A DNA stretch of 64,000 nt from Patescibacteria group bacterium. GTDB taxonomy: Bacteria > Patescibacteriota > Minisyncoccia > Portnoybacterales > GWB1-42-6. The stretch spans positions 14,521 to 78,520 of the forward strand of contig JAKLIA010000002.1 of the NCBI GenBank assembly GCA_022709865.1, in the 5' to 3' direction. A program made the translations under genes and the position numbers. Under the pieces are notes generated by a model. It was not told where the DNA came from. It ran no database searches and was given only the letters and a program-made list of their open reading frames with translations. This document shows, piece by piece, positions 29,808 through 39,103 of this stretch; the first letter of the stretch is position 1, and the number at the start of each line of letters is the position of its first letter.

Positions 29808-30564
29808 GAAACCAACCATCGCTATTGTTTCTTTGACCTGCTGCGAAGGCTGCCAGGTGGCAATTTTGGATTTGGGAACCAGGTTTTTAAAATTAGCTGA
29901 ACATATTAAGATCGGGGATTTTGCTTTATTGGAAGACGAGCCGGAAGCGCCAAATTACGACATTGTTTTTGTTGAGGGTTCGCCGATCACCAAAGAAAAT
30001 ATTGAGCGGTTGAAAGATCTGCGCGCCCGCTCTAAGGTTTTAGTGGCTTTGGGCGCCTGCGCGGCGCTGGGCGGCATTGCGGAAATTAAAAATTACCAGG
30101 ATAAGAACGAACGGATGCATTATGTATATAAAAACGTTGAGAGCATTAATAACCCCGATATCAAGCCTTTAAGTTATTATGTAAAAGTTGATTGGGAAGT
30201 TCCCGGTTGCCCTATAAATAAAGAAGAGTTTTTAAAAATCGTTAAACAGCTTCTGGCCGGCGTTCCGCCAACTATTGCCAGGCGCCCGGTGTGTTATGAA
30301 TGCCAGATAAGGCAGAATAAATGCTTATTGCAAGAAGGTTTGCCTTGCCTTGGTCCTTTAATGCTGGCTGGTTGCGGCGCTCCTTGCCCTTCAAGCGGTT
30401 ATCCCTGCGATGGTTGCCGAGGGCCGATTCCGGGCCTAGATCCCGAAAAATTAACGAAACAGCTTTTGTCGCAAAAATACAGCCAGGAAGAAGTGAATCT
30501 GATTTTAGAAAGATTTGGCTTGCAAGATAAGGTCTATCCGGAAGCGCCAACAAAACAATTATAA
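29794..30564 (+). CDS. Group 3b [NiFe]-hydrogenase small (delta) subunit
   Basis: N-terminal proximal-cluster motif IVSLTCCEGCQV and GSPIT. C-terminal Cys-rich region (CPINK...CYEC...C...CLGP...CGAPC...C..C). Confidence 0.75.
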   Translation: MPKNKKPTIAIVSLTCCEGCQVAILDLGTRFLKLAEHIKIGDFALLEDEPEAPNYDIVFVEGSPITKENIERLKDLRARSKVLVALGACAALGGIAEIKNYQDKNERMHYVYKNVESINNPDIKPLSYYVKVDWEVPGCPINKEEFLKIVKQLLAGVPPTIARRPVCYECQIRQNKCLLQEGLPCLGPLMLAGCGAPCPSSGYPCDGCRGPIPGLDPEKLTKQLLSQKYSQEEVNLILERFGLQDKVYPEAPTKQL

Positions 30565-30576
30565 TTTTGTCTTTTT

Positions 30577-31872
30577 ATGCATATTAAAATAGACCACATC
30601 GCTAAAATTGAGGGCCATGCCGGTTTTACGGCTGATATTATCGGTGGAAACGTCAGCAAAGCCCGGATAGACGTTATGGAAGGAGCCCGGCTTCTGGAGG
30701 GCATTTTGCGCGACCGCAGCATTTTTGAGGTTTCGCAAATAACCTCGCGCATTTGCGGGGTCTGCCCGGTAGTGCATAATTTAACCAGCCTTAAAGCATT
30801 GGAGCGGGCATTAAAAATAGAGATTTCGCCGGAAACGGTTTTATTGCGCAAACTAATGATGATGGGGCAAATCCTGAATAGCCACGCTTTGCATCTTTTC
30901 TTTTTTTCTTTATCTGATTTTTTCGGTTTTACTAACGACTTGGCCTTAATAGAAAAATATCCTAATCGCGCCCAGGACGCTTTAGCGCTGCGAGAGTTTG
31001 GCAATAAAATAATTGAGGTTATTGGCGGCCGCTCGATCCACCCATTAACTCCGACCATCGGCGGATTTTTAAAATTGCCCAACAAAGCCAAGCTAGCCGA
31101 ACTTTTCAATGAAAGCGACAAGGCTTTGGCCTCGGCAAAAAACCTAGTTAAACTTTTTCTCAGCCTGGACTACGAAAACTTTAGCCGCTCCGCGCCTTAT
31201 GCCAGCTTAACCCATATAAAAGATTATGCTTTCTATGATGGCTTGATCAAGGCAACGACAAAAGACAAAATTAATCCGGCGGATTTTATGGAAACCATAA
31301 AAGAGCATCAGCTGCAAAACAGCGTGGTCAAGCAATCTTATTATCAGGGCAAGCCCTTTATGGTTGGGGCTATATCGCGCCTGAACAATAACCATAGCCA
31401 ACTAAACCCTGAAGCTAAAAAAGCTTTAAAATCAGTTAAAATAACTCTACCGACTTTCAATCCTTTCCATAATATTTTAGGCCAGGCAATCGAGCTTATC
31501 CACTGCACGGAAGAAGCGCAAAAATTATTGCGCCAGACGCTGCAAAAAGATCTTCAGGAAGAAACAAGAGCCAAGCGCGACGAATTGATACAGGAAAAAC
31601 TAAAAGCCATAAAGAACACCGCCATGGGAATTGATGCCATCGAAGCTCCGCGGGGCACACTTTACTATTTTTATGAAATAAACGGCCAAGGAAAGATTAT
31701 AAATTGCAATATTATCACGCCAACCTCGCAGAACTTGGCTCGCCTGGAAAGGGACCTAGAAGAATATCTGCCGCAGCTAGTCGCCAAAAAAACAATAAAA
31801 AAGGAAATAGAAGAAAAAATTAAAGCGCTGATCAGGGCCTACGATCCCTGCATTACCTGCGCTACGCATTAA
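30577..31872 (+). CDS. [NiFe]-hydrogenase large (alpha) subunit, group 3b-like
   Basis: L1 motif RICGVCPVVH near the N-terminus and L2 motif DPCITCATH at the extreme C-terminus. The stop codon follows the His directly. Confidence 0.9.
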   Translation: MHIKIDHIAKIEGHAGFTADIIGGNVSKARIDVMEGARLLEGILRDRSIFEVSQITSRICGVCPVVHNLTSLKALERALKIEISPETVLLRKLMMMGQILNSHALHLFFFSLSDFFGFTNDLALIEKYPNRAQDALALREFGNKIIEVIGGRSIHPLTPTIGGFLKLPNKAKLAELFNESDKALASAKNLVKLFLSLDYENFSRSAPYASLTHIKDYAFYDGLIKATTKDKINPADFMETIKEHQLQNSVVKQSYYQGKPFMVGAISRLNNNHSQLNPEAKKALKSVKITLPTFNPFHNILGQAIELIHCTEEAQKLLRQTLQKDLQEETRAKRDELIQEKLKAIKNTAMGIDAIEAPRGTLYYFYEINGQGKIINCNIITPTSQNLARLERDLEEYLPQLVAKKTIKKEIEEKIKALIRAYDPCITCATH

Positions 31873-31875
31873 AAT

Positions 31876-32115
31876 ATGCACGATTTTCATTTAGCAGACC
31901 AAATAGTCAAGCTAGCCAAAGAATACGCTGCCAAGAATAATCTAGCCAAAATAACCAAGATCGTGTTAGAATTGGGCGACATTATAGAACACGGAGAAGG
32001 CATCAAGCCGGCCAATTTGGAATACAATATTAAATTATTAATGCCAATAGAAAAAGTGGAAATAAAAAAAATAGAAGGGGATAGCTGGAAATTGGTGAGC
32101 CTAGATGGCGAATAA
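31876..32115 (+). CDS. HypA-like N-terminal domain protein lacking the Zn-finger (79 aa, no cysteines)
   Basis: Begins MHDFHLADQIVKLAKEYAAKNNLAKI, resembling the Ni-binding MHE-start N-domain of HypA/HybF. No CxxC...CxxC is present. Confidence 0.45.
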   Translation: MHDFHLADQIVKLAKEYAAKNNLAKITKIVLELGDIIEHGEGIKPANLEYNIKLLMPIEKVEIKKIEGDSWKLVSLDGE

Positions 32116-32182
32116 AAAAAACACATTAACATCCAAACATTTTAACAAAAATGTTTTTTATATTTGTGTGTTAAAAAATAAA

Positions 32183-33103
32183 ATGCTATACGATCTAATC
32201 ATTATTGGTGCCGGTCCCGCTGGGCTTTCAGCCGCGATCTACGCCGTGCGCAAAAAAATAAAGACCTTGGTCCTAACCGATTCTTTTGGCGGCCAAATAG
32301 TAGATGCTCCTATGGTTGAAAATTATCTTGGTTTGCCGGAAATCTCCGGGCTCGACTTGATAGAAAAGTTCCGCGCTCACGCCAAGAAGTTTGCTCTGGA
32401 GATAAAGGAGAATTGCGAAATACAGAAGATCTCTCCAATGAGCAACGATCTTTTTGAAATAGAAACGGACCTGGGTTCTTTTTCGGCTAAAGCCATAATT
32501 GTTACCAGCGGCAAGAAATACCGGGAGCTCGATGTGCCGGGCGCTAAAGAGTTTGACGGCAAAGGGATCAGCTATTGCGCCACTTGCGATGCCCCGCTTT
32601 TTAAAAATAAGAACGTGGCGGTTATTGGCGCCGGAGATGCGGGGCAGGATGCGGTTTGGCAACTAACCCAATATGCCGCCAAGATCTATTTATTAAATAA
32701 ATATCCCGATCTGCGCGGCGCCAATATCCAAATGCAAGAGAAATTAAAGAGCAATGAAAAAGTTGAGATATACAACAACTACGAGCCGATCGAGGTAAAA
32801 GGCGATAAATTCGTTAAGGCTTTGGTCTTTAAGCATAATGGGCATGGCGAGATCAAAGAGATCGCAGTTAACGGGATTTTTGTGGAAATAGGCTCTGTGC
32901 CAGCTTCAAAGTTTTTAGCCGATATTGTAAAATTAAATGAAAAGGGAGAAGTTGTTATTGACCAAAAAACCAATGAAACTTCCCGGCCCGGCATCTTTGC
33001 GGCTGGCGATATCACCGATATTGCCCATAAGCAAATGATCATTGCGGCTGGCGAAGGCGCCAAAGCGGCCTTAACAGCCTGGGAATATTTAAAAAATAAA
33101 TAA
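32183..33103 (+). CDS. trxB: Thioredoxin-disulfide reductase
   Basis: FAD motif IIIGAGPAGLSAAIY, redox-active CATCD, NAD(P) motif VIGAGDAG, C-terminal GDITD. Start set at the internal ATG 32183 (MLYDLIIIGAG). Confidence 0.85.
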   Translation: MLYDLIIIGAGPAGLSAAIYAVRKKIKTLVLTDSFGGQIVDAPMVENYLGLPEISGLDLIEKFRAHAKKFALEIKENCEIQKISPMSNDLFEIETDLGSFSAKAIIVTSGKKYRELDVPGAKEFDGKGISYCATCDAPLFKNKNVAVIGAGDAGQDAVWQLTQYAAKIYLLNKYPDLRGANIQMQEKLKSNEKVEIYNNYEPIEVKGDKFVKALVFKHNGHGEIKEIAVNGIFVEIGSVPASKFLADIVKLNEKGEVVIDQKTNETSRPGIFAAGDITDIAHKQMIIAAGEGAKAALTAWEYLKNK

Positions 33104-33118
33104 TTAATATAAAACAAA

Positions 33119-33352
33119 ATGATAAAAGTATACAGCACCCCAACCTGCACTTATTGTGTGACCTTAAAAAAGTTCTTGACCGAAAAGGGGATAAAGTTCG
33201 AGGCAGTCGATGTTTCGCAAAACGAAGCCGACTTGCAAGAAATGGTTGATAAATCGGGCCAAATGGGCGTGCCGGTTATTGATATCGACGGACAAGTAAT
33301 AGTCGGCTTTAATCGAAACAAAATAGTAGAGCTATTAAATATAAAAGATTAA
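33119..33352 (+). CDS. Glutaredoxin-like / NrdH-like small thioredoxin-fold protein
   Basis: 77 aa, active site TPTCTYC, C-terminal GVPVIDIDGQVIVGFN. Confidence 0.7.
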   Translation: MIKVYSTPTCTYCVTLKKFLTEKGIKFEAVDVSQNEADLQEMVDKSGQMGVPVIDIDGQVIVGFNRNKIVELLNIKD

Positions 33353-33439
33353 CCATATAATAAAACTTGCCTTTTTGGGGCAGTAAATTAAAGAATCGTT
33401 GATTCTTTGTCTTTCTCAGAACGGCAAAAAAACAAAAAT

Positions 33440-33994
33440 ATGAATAAAGGATTAATAATTTTGCTAGTCGTTGTTTTGCTGATCGGCGGCTATGCTTGGT
33501 CGTTTTATAACGGCTTAGTCGGCCAAAGCCAGGCAATAGATAGCCAATGGGCGCAAGTGGAAAACCAATTCCAGCGCCGGTTCGACCTGATACCAAACTT
33601 AGTCTCTTCGGTCCAGGGCGCTATGAAACAGGAGCAAAAAGTTTTCAGCGATATCACTGATGCGCGCACTAAATATAGCGGAGCGCAAACCATAAATGAA
33701 AAAGCTGTTGCTGCCACGCAAGTTGAATCAGCGCTAGGCCGGCTTTTGGTTGTCATGGAAAATTATCCGCAACTAGCCTCTATTGAAACTGTGCAAACCC
33801 TAATGGCGCAATTAGAAGGAGCGGAAAACCGCATTGCGGTAGAACGTGGCCGTTTTAATGAATTAACTCGCGATTACAACACTCGCGTTACCCAACTGCC
33901 GGGAAAGTTCCTAGCGCCGATGTTTGGTTTTTCTGCCAGAGATTATTTTGAAGCCGCGGCCGGCGCAGAAGTAGCGCCGGAAGTGAAGATCTAA
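33440..33994 (+). CDS. LemA family protein
   Basis: N-terminal TM then the LemA core (QVENQFQRRFDLIPNLV...ENYPQL...RGRFNE). Start set at the ATG at 33440. Confidence 0.8.
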   Translation: MNKGLIILLVVVLLIGGYAWSFYNGLVGQSQAIDSQWAQVENQFQRRFDLIPNLVSSVQGAMKQEQKVFSDITDARTKYSGAQTINEKAVAATQVESALGRLLVVMENYPQLASIETVQTLMAQLEGAENRIAVERGRFNELTRDYNTRVTQLPGKFLAPMFGFSARDYFEAAAGAEVAPEVKI

Positions 33995-34010
33995 TTAAGC
34001 CAGCCCTTCA

Positions 34011-34907
34011 TTGATTTTGCCAAATAAAATAATTATCGTTTTGTCGGCTGTTATCTGCTTGATCGGCGGTTCTGTTTTGGCTTATTCTTCTCCTGGCTCT
34101 CCTTCGGGTTTTGTTAACGATTACGCCCAAATGATGTCGGCTGACGCGCGAGGGCAGCTAGAGCAAAAATTAGTCCAATTCGAAAAGGATACCGGCAACG
34201 AAATATCTGTTGCCACTATAAATAGCTTAGAGGGTGATACTATAGAAAACTTTGCTAATAAACTGTTTAAGGAATGGGGTATAGGCAAGAAAGATAAAGA
34301 TAACGGCGTTCTTCTCTTAATAGCTAAAAATGACAAGAAAATGAGAATTGAACCGGGTTATGGATTAGAAGGTGTATTACCGGATGCTACTTGCGATGAC
34401 ATCGTAAGAAATACTTTGCGCCCAGCTTTTCAAGCAGGCGATTATGATCTGGGTATAACCGGCGCAGTTGATAAAATTATCTCCGCAACTAAGGGTGAAT
34501 ATGTGCCTTCAGAAAGCCAACAAAGTTCTAGCAATAAAAATGCGATAGACTTATTTGATTGGTTTTGGATAATTCTATTTGTTCCTGTCTGGATAAGCAG
34601 TGTTTTAGCGCGTTCAAAATCCTGGTGGGCCGGTGGAGTGCTCGGCGCAATTATCGGTATTATTTTGATTTTTGTTTTTTCTTGGACAATTGGCTTAATC
34701 GCTATCTTGGTCCTAACTCCTTTGGGATTGTTATTTGACTACGGGGTCTCCAAAACCTATCAAAAGCATAAATCCTCCGGCACGCATTTTCCTTGGTGGA
34801 TTGGCGGCTTTGGCGGAGGGAGGGGTGGTTTTGGGGGCAGCAGCGGGGGTTTTGGCGGCTTTGGCGGCGGAAGTTCGGGCGGCGGAGGGAGCTCAGGAAG
34901 CTGGTAA
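34011..34907 (+). CDS. TPM-domain (YgcG/MOLO-1 phosphatase-like) membrane protein with Gly-rich C-terminal tail
   Basis: Signal, TPM core (VNDYAQMMSADARGQLEQKL...ISVATINSLEGD...KDNGVLLLIAKNDKKMRIE), TM, and a GGFGG-rich tail. Uses a TTG start. LemA-TPM is a conserved pair. Confidence 0.75.
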   Translation: MILPNKIIIVLSAVICLIGGSVLAYSSPGSPSGFVNDYAQMMSADARGQLEQKLVQFEKDTGNEISVATINSLEGDTIENFANKLFKEWGIGKKDKDNGVLLLIAKNDKKMRIEPGYGLEGVLPDATCDDIVRNTLRPAFQAGDYDLGITGAVDKIISATKGEYVPSESQQSSSNKNAIDLFDWFWIILFVPVWISSVLARSKSWWAGGVLGAIIGIILIFVFSWTIGLIAILVLTPLGLLFDYGVSKTYQKHKSSGTHFPWWIGGFGGGRGGFGGSSGGFGGFGGGSSGGGGSSGSW

Positions 34908-34934
34908 TAAAGAATAAAAAAATAAAATAAAAAA

Positions 34935-35204
34935 ATGAAACTATTTATAAAAAAATTATTGAACAACAGAATAGTTTCTTTTTTTATCCGTGGCCTGAAA
35001 AAAATTAGCCGCGGACTTAATTTTATTATTAACACAGCTCTTCTGTTAATTGTTTATATCTTTGGCGTTGGATTAACATGGCTCTTTGCCAAGATCCTAA
35101 AAAAGCACTTTCTTGAAATGCAACCCTCCAAAAACCGGCAAACATATTGGTCTGATGCAGAATTAAGAGGATCCGATGTAAGCGATTATTATAGGCAATT
35201 TTGA
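34935..35204 (+). CDS. Small membrane protein upstream of the carbamoyltransferase (possibly SxtJ-like), hypothetical
   Basis: 89 aa with one central TM helix. Position immediately 5' of the NodU/CmcH-family carbamoyltransferase. Confidence 0.4.
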   Translation: MKLFIKKLLNNRIVSFFIRGLKKISRGLNFIINTALLLIVYIFGVGLTWLFAKILKKHFLEMQPSKNRQTYWSDAELRGSDVSDYYRQF

Positions 35205-35208
35205 AACA

Positions 35209-36927
35209 ATGTATATTCTCGGCCTTAGCTGTTTTTATCACGATTCATCAGCTGCCTTATTAAGGGACGGCAAAATTGTGGCTGCTGCCGAAGAGGAAAG
35301 GTTTACCAGAAAAAAACACGATAGCTCTTTCCCTCTGAGCGCAATAAATTATTGTTTAAGCAGCCAAGGCATAACTATTAATGACATAGCTTATATAGGT
35401 TTTTACGAAAAGCCGTTTTTAAAGTTTGAGCGGCTTTTATCCCAATATTTAGAAACCTTTCCAAAGGGATTGTGGTCTTTTGTAAGCACACTGCCTATCT
35501 GGTTCAGCCAGAAATTGCGCCTTATAAAAATTGTCCGCAAAAAATTAAAATATAAAGGGAGCGTTTTATTTGTGCCGCACCACCTGGCGCATGCTGCCAG
35601 CGCTTTTTTAATAAGCCCATTCCAAAAAGCCGCTATTTTAACGATTGACGGAGTAGGCGAGTGGTCAACGACAACTTATGGAATAGGCGAAGAAAACGAG
35701 ATCAAGCTGTTAAAACACCTGGCCTTTCCTCATTCCTTGGGTCTGCTATATTCGGCTATCACGGCCTATCTTGGCTTTAGGGTGAACAACTGCGAATATA
35801 AAGTAATGGGGCTCAGCGCTTACGGAGAAAGCGATAAGGACAAAAACCAATATTATAAAAAGCTAAAAAATACCATTGATATAAAGGCTGACGGCAGCTT
35901 CTGTTTGGATATGGATTACTTTTCTTATTGTTTTGCCCAAAAAATGCCGTCAAAAAAACTTTGCCAATTATTGGGCTTGCCGATCAGGAAAGCCAGCGAA
36001 GAACTAACCCAAAGCCACAAAGATATTGCCGCTGCCTTGCAGACGATTACCGAAGAGGTGATCATGAAAATAATCAATCACCTGCATAAAGAAGTTGCTT
36101 GCGAGAACTTGGTGCTGGCTGGCGGCGTAGCTTTAAACAGCGTTTGCAACGGTAAGATCTTAAAAAATGCTCCTTTTAAAAATATTTGGATACAGCCTAA
36201 CGCTTCCGACGGTGGAACAAGCATCGGCGCAATATCCTATATATATAATTCTTTGCTTGGCAACGCCAGAAATTATCAGATGGAGGATGCTTTTCTGGGG
36301 CCATCTTTTTCAAACGAGGAGATAAAAACATTTTTAGATAAAGAAAAAATAAGCTACCAATTTCTTGGCGATAGCGAACTTGTAGAAATAGGCGCAAAAT
36401 TAATATTCGAAAATAAAATTATAGGCTGGTTTCAAGGAAGAATGGAGTGGGGCCCTAGAGCCTTAGGGAATAGAAGCATATTGGCCAACCCCTTAAATCC
36501 CGAGATGAAAGATATTCTAAATAGCCGCATTAAACACCGGGAATCGTTCCGGCCATTTGCGCCGGCTGTTTGCGAAGAATCTGTTTCAACTTATTTTGAA
36601 TGCGATAGCCCCTTGCCTGAAGCCGCCCGGTATATGCTTTTGGTCTATCCCATAAAAGAAGCGTGGCGCAGCGACTTGCCAGCTGTAACGCATTTTGACG
36701 GCACCGGACGTCTGCAAGCTGTGAATAAGGACCGAAACCCCTTATTTTATCGATTAATAGAGGAGTTTAAAGCTTTATCCGGCTTCTCGGTAATTTTAAA
36801 TACCTCTTTTAATACAAATAATGAGCCTATAGTTTGCACGCCAAGCGAAGCGTGGAATTGCGCCAAGCGCGCCGGGCTTAATTATTTGGCCATAGGCAAC
36901 TTTCTAATTAAACTAGATGAAAAATAA
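35209..36927 (+). CDS. Carbamoyltransferase, NodU/CmcH/NolO family
   Basis: Hallmark N-terminus MYILGLSCFYHDSSAALLRDGKIVAAAEEERFTRKKHD, the HHLAHAASAF motif, and a YrdC/Kae1-like C-terminal domain (RMEWGPRALGNRSIL). Confidence 0.9.
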   Translation: MYILGLSCFYHDSSAALLRDGKIVAAAEEERFTRKKHDSSFPLSAINYCLSSQGITINDIAYIGFYEKPFLKFERLLSQYLETFPKGLWSFVSTLPIWFSQKLRLIKIVRKKLKYKGSVLFVPHHLAHAASAFLISPFQKAAILTIDGVGEWSTTTYGIGEENEIKLLKHLAFPHSLGLLYSAITAYLGFRVNNCEYKVMGLSAYGESDKDKNQYYKKLKNTIDIKADGSFCLDMDYFSYCFAQKMPSKKLCQLLGLPIRKASEELTQSHKDIAAALQTITEEVIMKIINHLHKEVACENLVLAGGVALNSVCNGKILKNAPFKNIWIQPNASDGGTSIGAISYIYNSLLGNARNYQMEDAFLGPSFSNEEIKTFLDKEKISYQFLGDSELVEIGAKLIFENKIIGWFQGRMEWGPRALGNRSILANPLNPEMKDILNSRIKHRESFRPFAPAVCEESVSTYFECDSPLPEAARYMLLVYPIKEAWRSDLPAVTHFDGTGRLQAVNKDRNPLFYRLIEEFKALSGFSVILNTSFNTNNEPIVCTPSEAWNCAKRAGLNYLAIGNFLIKLDEK

Positions 36928-38014
36928 ACTGAAACTCTTTACTAAAAACATCTTATTACTAATAGCAACTTGTTTAGTTGTTTTTGCCGTTGCTGAATGC
37001 TTATCCAGGCTGTTTTTTAAGCCGCAAGAGCTTTTTAACGATGTTATTATAACGGCTCCTAAAAATACCGTGGTAAATAAAGATAATGGGCTTTCTTATA
37101 ATTTAACCACCAAGAAATTATTGACAGATAGATATACTCAATTTTTTTCTAATAATCCGCTTATAAAAAAAGAAAAACCGCCAGGAACATACAGAATAAT
37201 CACTCTTGGCGATTCGTATACTCGTGGGGCAGGCACTAAAAATATTTATGATGACAGCTATAGCATCCAATTGATGAAATTATTAAATAGCGGCCAAGAA
37301 ATAAAGGGTATTAGCAATTTTGAGATCCTGCCGATTTGCTATGATGGACTTAACACTTATCAGGAGCTTATTTTACTGCAAGAAATAGCGTTGGCCTATA
37401 ATCCGGATCTGGTCATTTTGCAATACACCGATAACGATGTTGAATACCCCCGCAATGAGATTGGGATAATGAAAAGTTCCGCGGAACATAAAAACGGAGA
37501 GTATTTTCAGTTTCAAAAGTTTTCAAGAATGAACTTTATTATCTATGACAATATATTTATCCCCGCACTGCCTCATTTTGATAACGAACTTGGCTGGCGA
37601 ATGCTAAAATATTCTAACTTTCTTCGCTTTGTCTCTTATAAATTAAATTATATTTTGCGGGAAGAAGAGGTTCCGGAAAATGATATAAACTCCAGCTTCA
37701 AATCTCTTGAAAAGATATCCGAGATAACAAAAGAAAAAAATATTCCCTTGATAATGTTCTATTTTCCGCCAGCGTCATGGACAGAAAATTATTGTGGCAC
37801 CAGGAACGCTGATTTTAGAAAAAGCCTAGCCGCCGAAGCTGCCAAGCTTCAAATTAAATATTTTTCAATGTGCGATTATGTGGCGGACATTAATTCGATC
37901 AGGGGCTTAACCGATGCTCCAAGCAACAACCATTATAATAAAGAAGGTTATGGTATTGCCGCCGAAGTCTTGAAGAACGGGGTTATTGATATTATTAATG
38001 TTGGTATTAAATAA
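36917..38014 (+). CDS. SGNH/GDSL-hydrolase-like protein with N-terminal TM anchor (paralog 1 of 3)
   Basis: N-terminal TM. GDS(L) block IITLGDSYTRGAG. C-terminal His block SNNHYNKEGY. Tandem with two paralogs. Confidence 0.6.
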   Translation: MKNKLKLFTKNILLLIATCLVVFAVAECLSRLFFKPQELFNDVIITAPKNTVVNKDNGLSYNLTTKKLLTDRYTQFFSNNPLIKKEKPPGTYRIITLGDSYTRGAGTKNIYDDSYSIQLMKLLNSGQEIKGISNFEILPICYDGLNTYQELILLQEIALAYNPDLVILQYTDNDVEYPRNEIGIMKSSAEHKNGEYFQFQKFSRMNFIIYDNIFIPALPHFDNELGWRMLKYSNFLRFVSYKLNYILREEEVPENDINSSFKSLEKISEITKEKNIPLIMFYFPPASWTENYCGTRNADFRKSLAAEAAKLQIKYFSMCDYVADINSIRGLTDAPSNNHYNKEGYGIAAEVLKNGVIDIINVGIK

Positions 38015-39103
38015 ATGGCAGGAAAATTAAAGCCGTTATTAAAAAACATACTGCTCTTATTGGCTGCTTGTGCGTTCTTTTTTTTATGCGCCGAGATAGC
38101 TTGCCGGCTGTTTTATGATGAAAAAGTTAATTATACTCCTTGGATATGGGAAAAGCTGCAAGAAGATGGCGCAAAAACTTTTTCCCTCACAGATCAAGAT
38201 ACTTATGTTAATAAAGATAATGGCTTATATTATTTGTTAGATAGCAATTCTTTAAATAAACAGAGATACGCCAGATTTAATTACCAAAAGACAGTAAAAA
38301 AAGAAAAAACAGCAGAAGAATACCGCGTTGCCATCATTGGCGATTCTTTTACCGGCTCTTCTGGTTTATCTCCCGATGAAAAAAACTATACAGCCATGCT
38401 ATCAGAGGCCTTAAATAATGCTGGCCAAAAAAGTTTTAATATCCTTCCTTTTTCCGAAGGGGGAATAAATACCTATCAAGAATTAACTATACTGAAAGAG
38501 TTCTTAGGAGATATAAAGCCCGATTTAGTTGTTCTCCAATATTGCGATAATGACGTTGAAGCGATAAAAACTCCCTATGGAGTAAACAACCATAATCTTT
38601 GGATCGATAGCCGAACAGATCCCATAATACTTGATAAACAAATCGTTCCCGCGCTGCCGTATTTGCCTAAAAGCCTAAGCAAGTTTTTATTGAGCAATTC
38701 GGCTTTCTGGCGTTTTTTTTCTTATAAATTAAATATCATTTCCACTTATTATGTCGACGCCACTGACACAAACTCAAGCCTCGAATCCTTAAAACAGATG
38801 AAACTGCTGCTGGCTAGCAAAGGAATCCCTCTGGTGGTTATCGATTTTCCGCCCGCGGTTAACGAACAAGATTATTGCGGCTATGTGTCTGGGGAGGGTG
38901 GGAAAAAACTTCAAGATGAGATCAGAAAGATGGCCGTAGAATTAAACTTTTCTTTCTTGAGCTTATGTGATTATGTTGATGATATCCATTCTTTGCAATC
39001 CAGCATAGAAAGCAACCATTATCACTATAATACGGAAGGCCATCGCCTTGCGGCCGAAGCGCTAAAAAAAGAGATATTAAACATAACAAAGAATGAAGAA
39101 TAG
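38015..39103 (+). CDS. SGNH/GDSL-hydrolase-like protein with N-terminal TM anchor (paralog 2 of 3)
   Basis: AIIGDSFTGSSG and SNHYHYNTEGH blocks. Same length and organisation as the flanking paralogs. Confidence 0.6.
   Translation: MAGKLKPLLKNILLLLAACAFFFLCAEIACRLFYDEKVNYTPWIWEKLQEDGAKTFSLTDQDTYVNKDNGLYYLLDSNSLNKQRYARFNYQKTVKKEKTAEEYRVAIIGDSFTGSSGLSPDEKNYTAMLSEALNNAGQKSFNILPFSEGGINTYQELTILKEFLGDIKPDLVVLQYCDNDVEAIKTPYGVNNHNLWIDSRTDPIILDKQIVPALPYLPKSLSKFLLSNSAFWRFFSYKLNIISTYYVDATDTNSSLESLKQMKLLLASKGIPLVVIDFPPAVNEQDYCGYVSGEGGKKLQDEIRKMAVELNFSFLSLCDYVDDIHSLQSSIESNHYHYNTEGHRLAAEALKKEILNITKNEE

Noticed and set aside
30534-31121. 195-aa minus-strand ORF
   Set aside because: Antisense to the NiFe large subunit (clear L1/L2 motifs on plus). 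No RBS. Spurious.
34760-35035. Minus-strand ORF encoding PELPPP/KPPKPP proline repeats
   Set aside because: Mirror image of the Gly-rich (GGFGG) tail of the TPM protein on the plus strand. Reverse-complementing GGN codons gives CCN.
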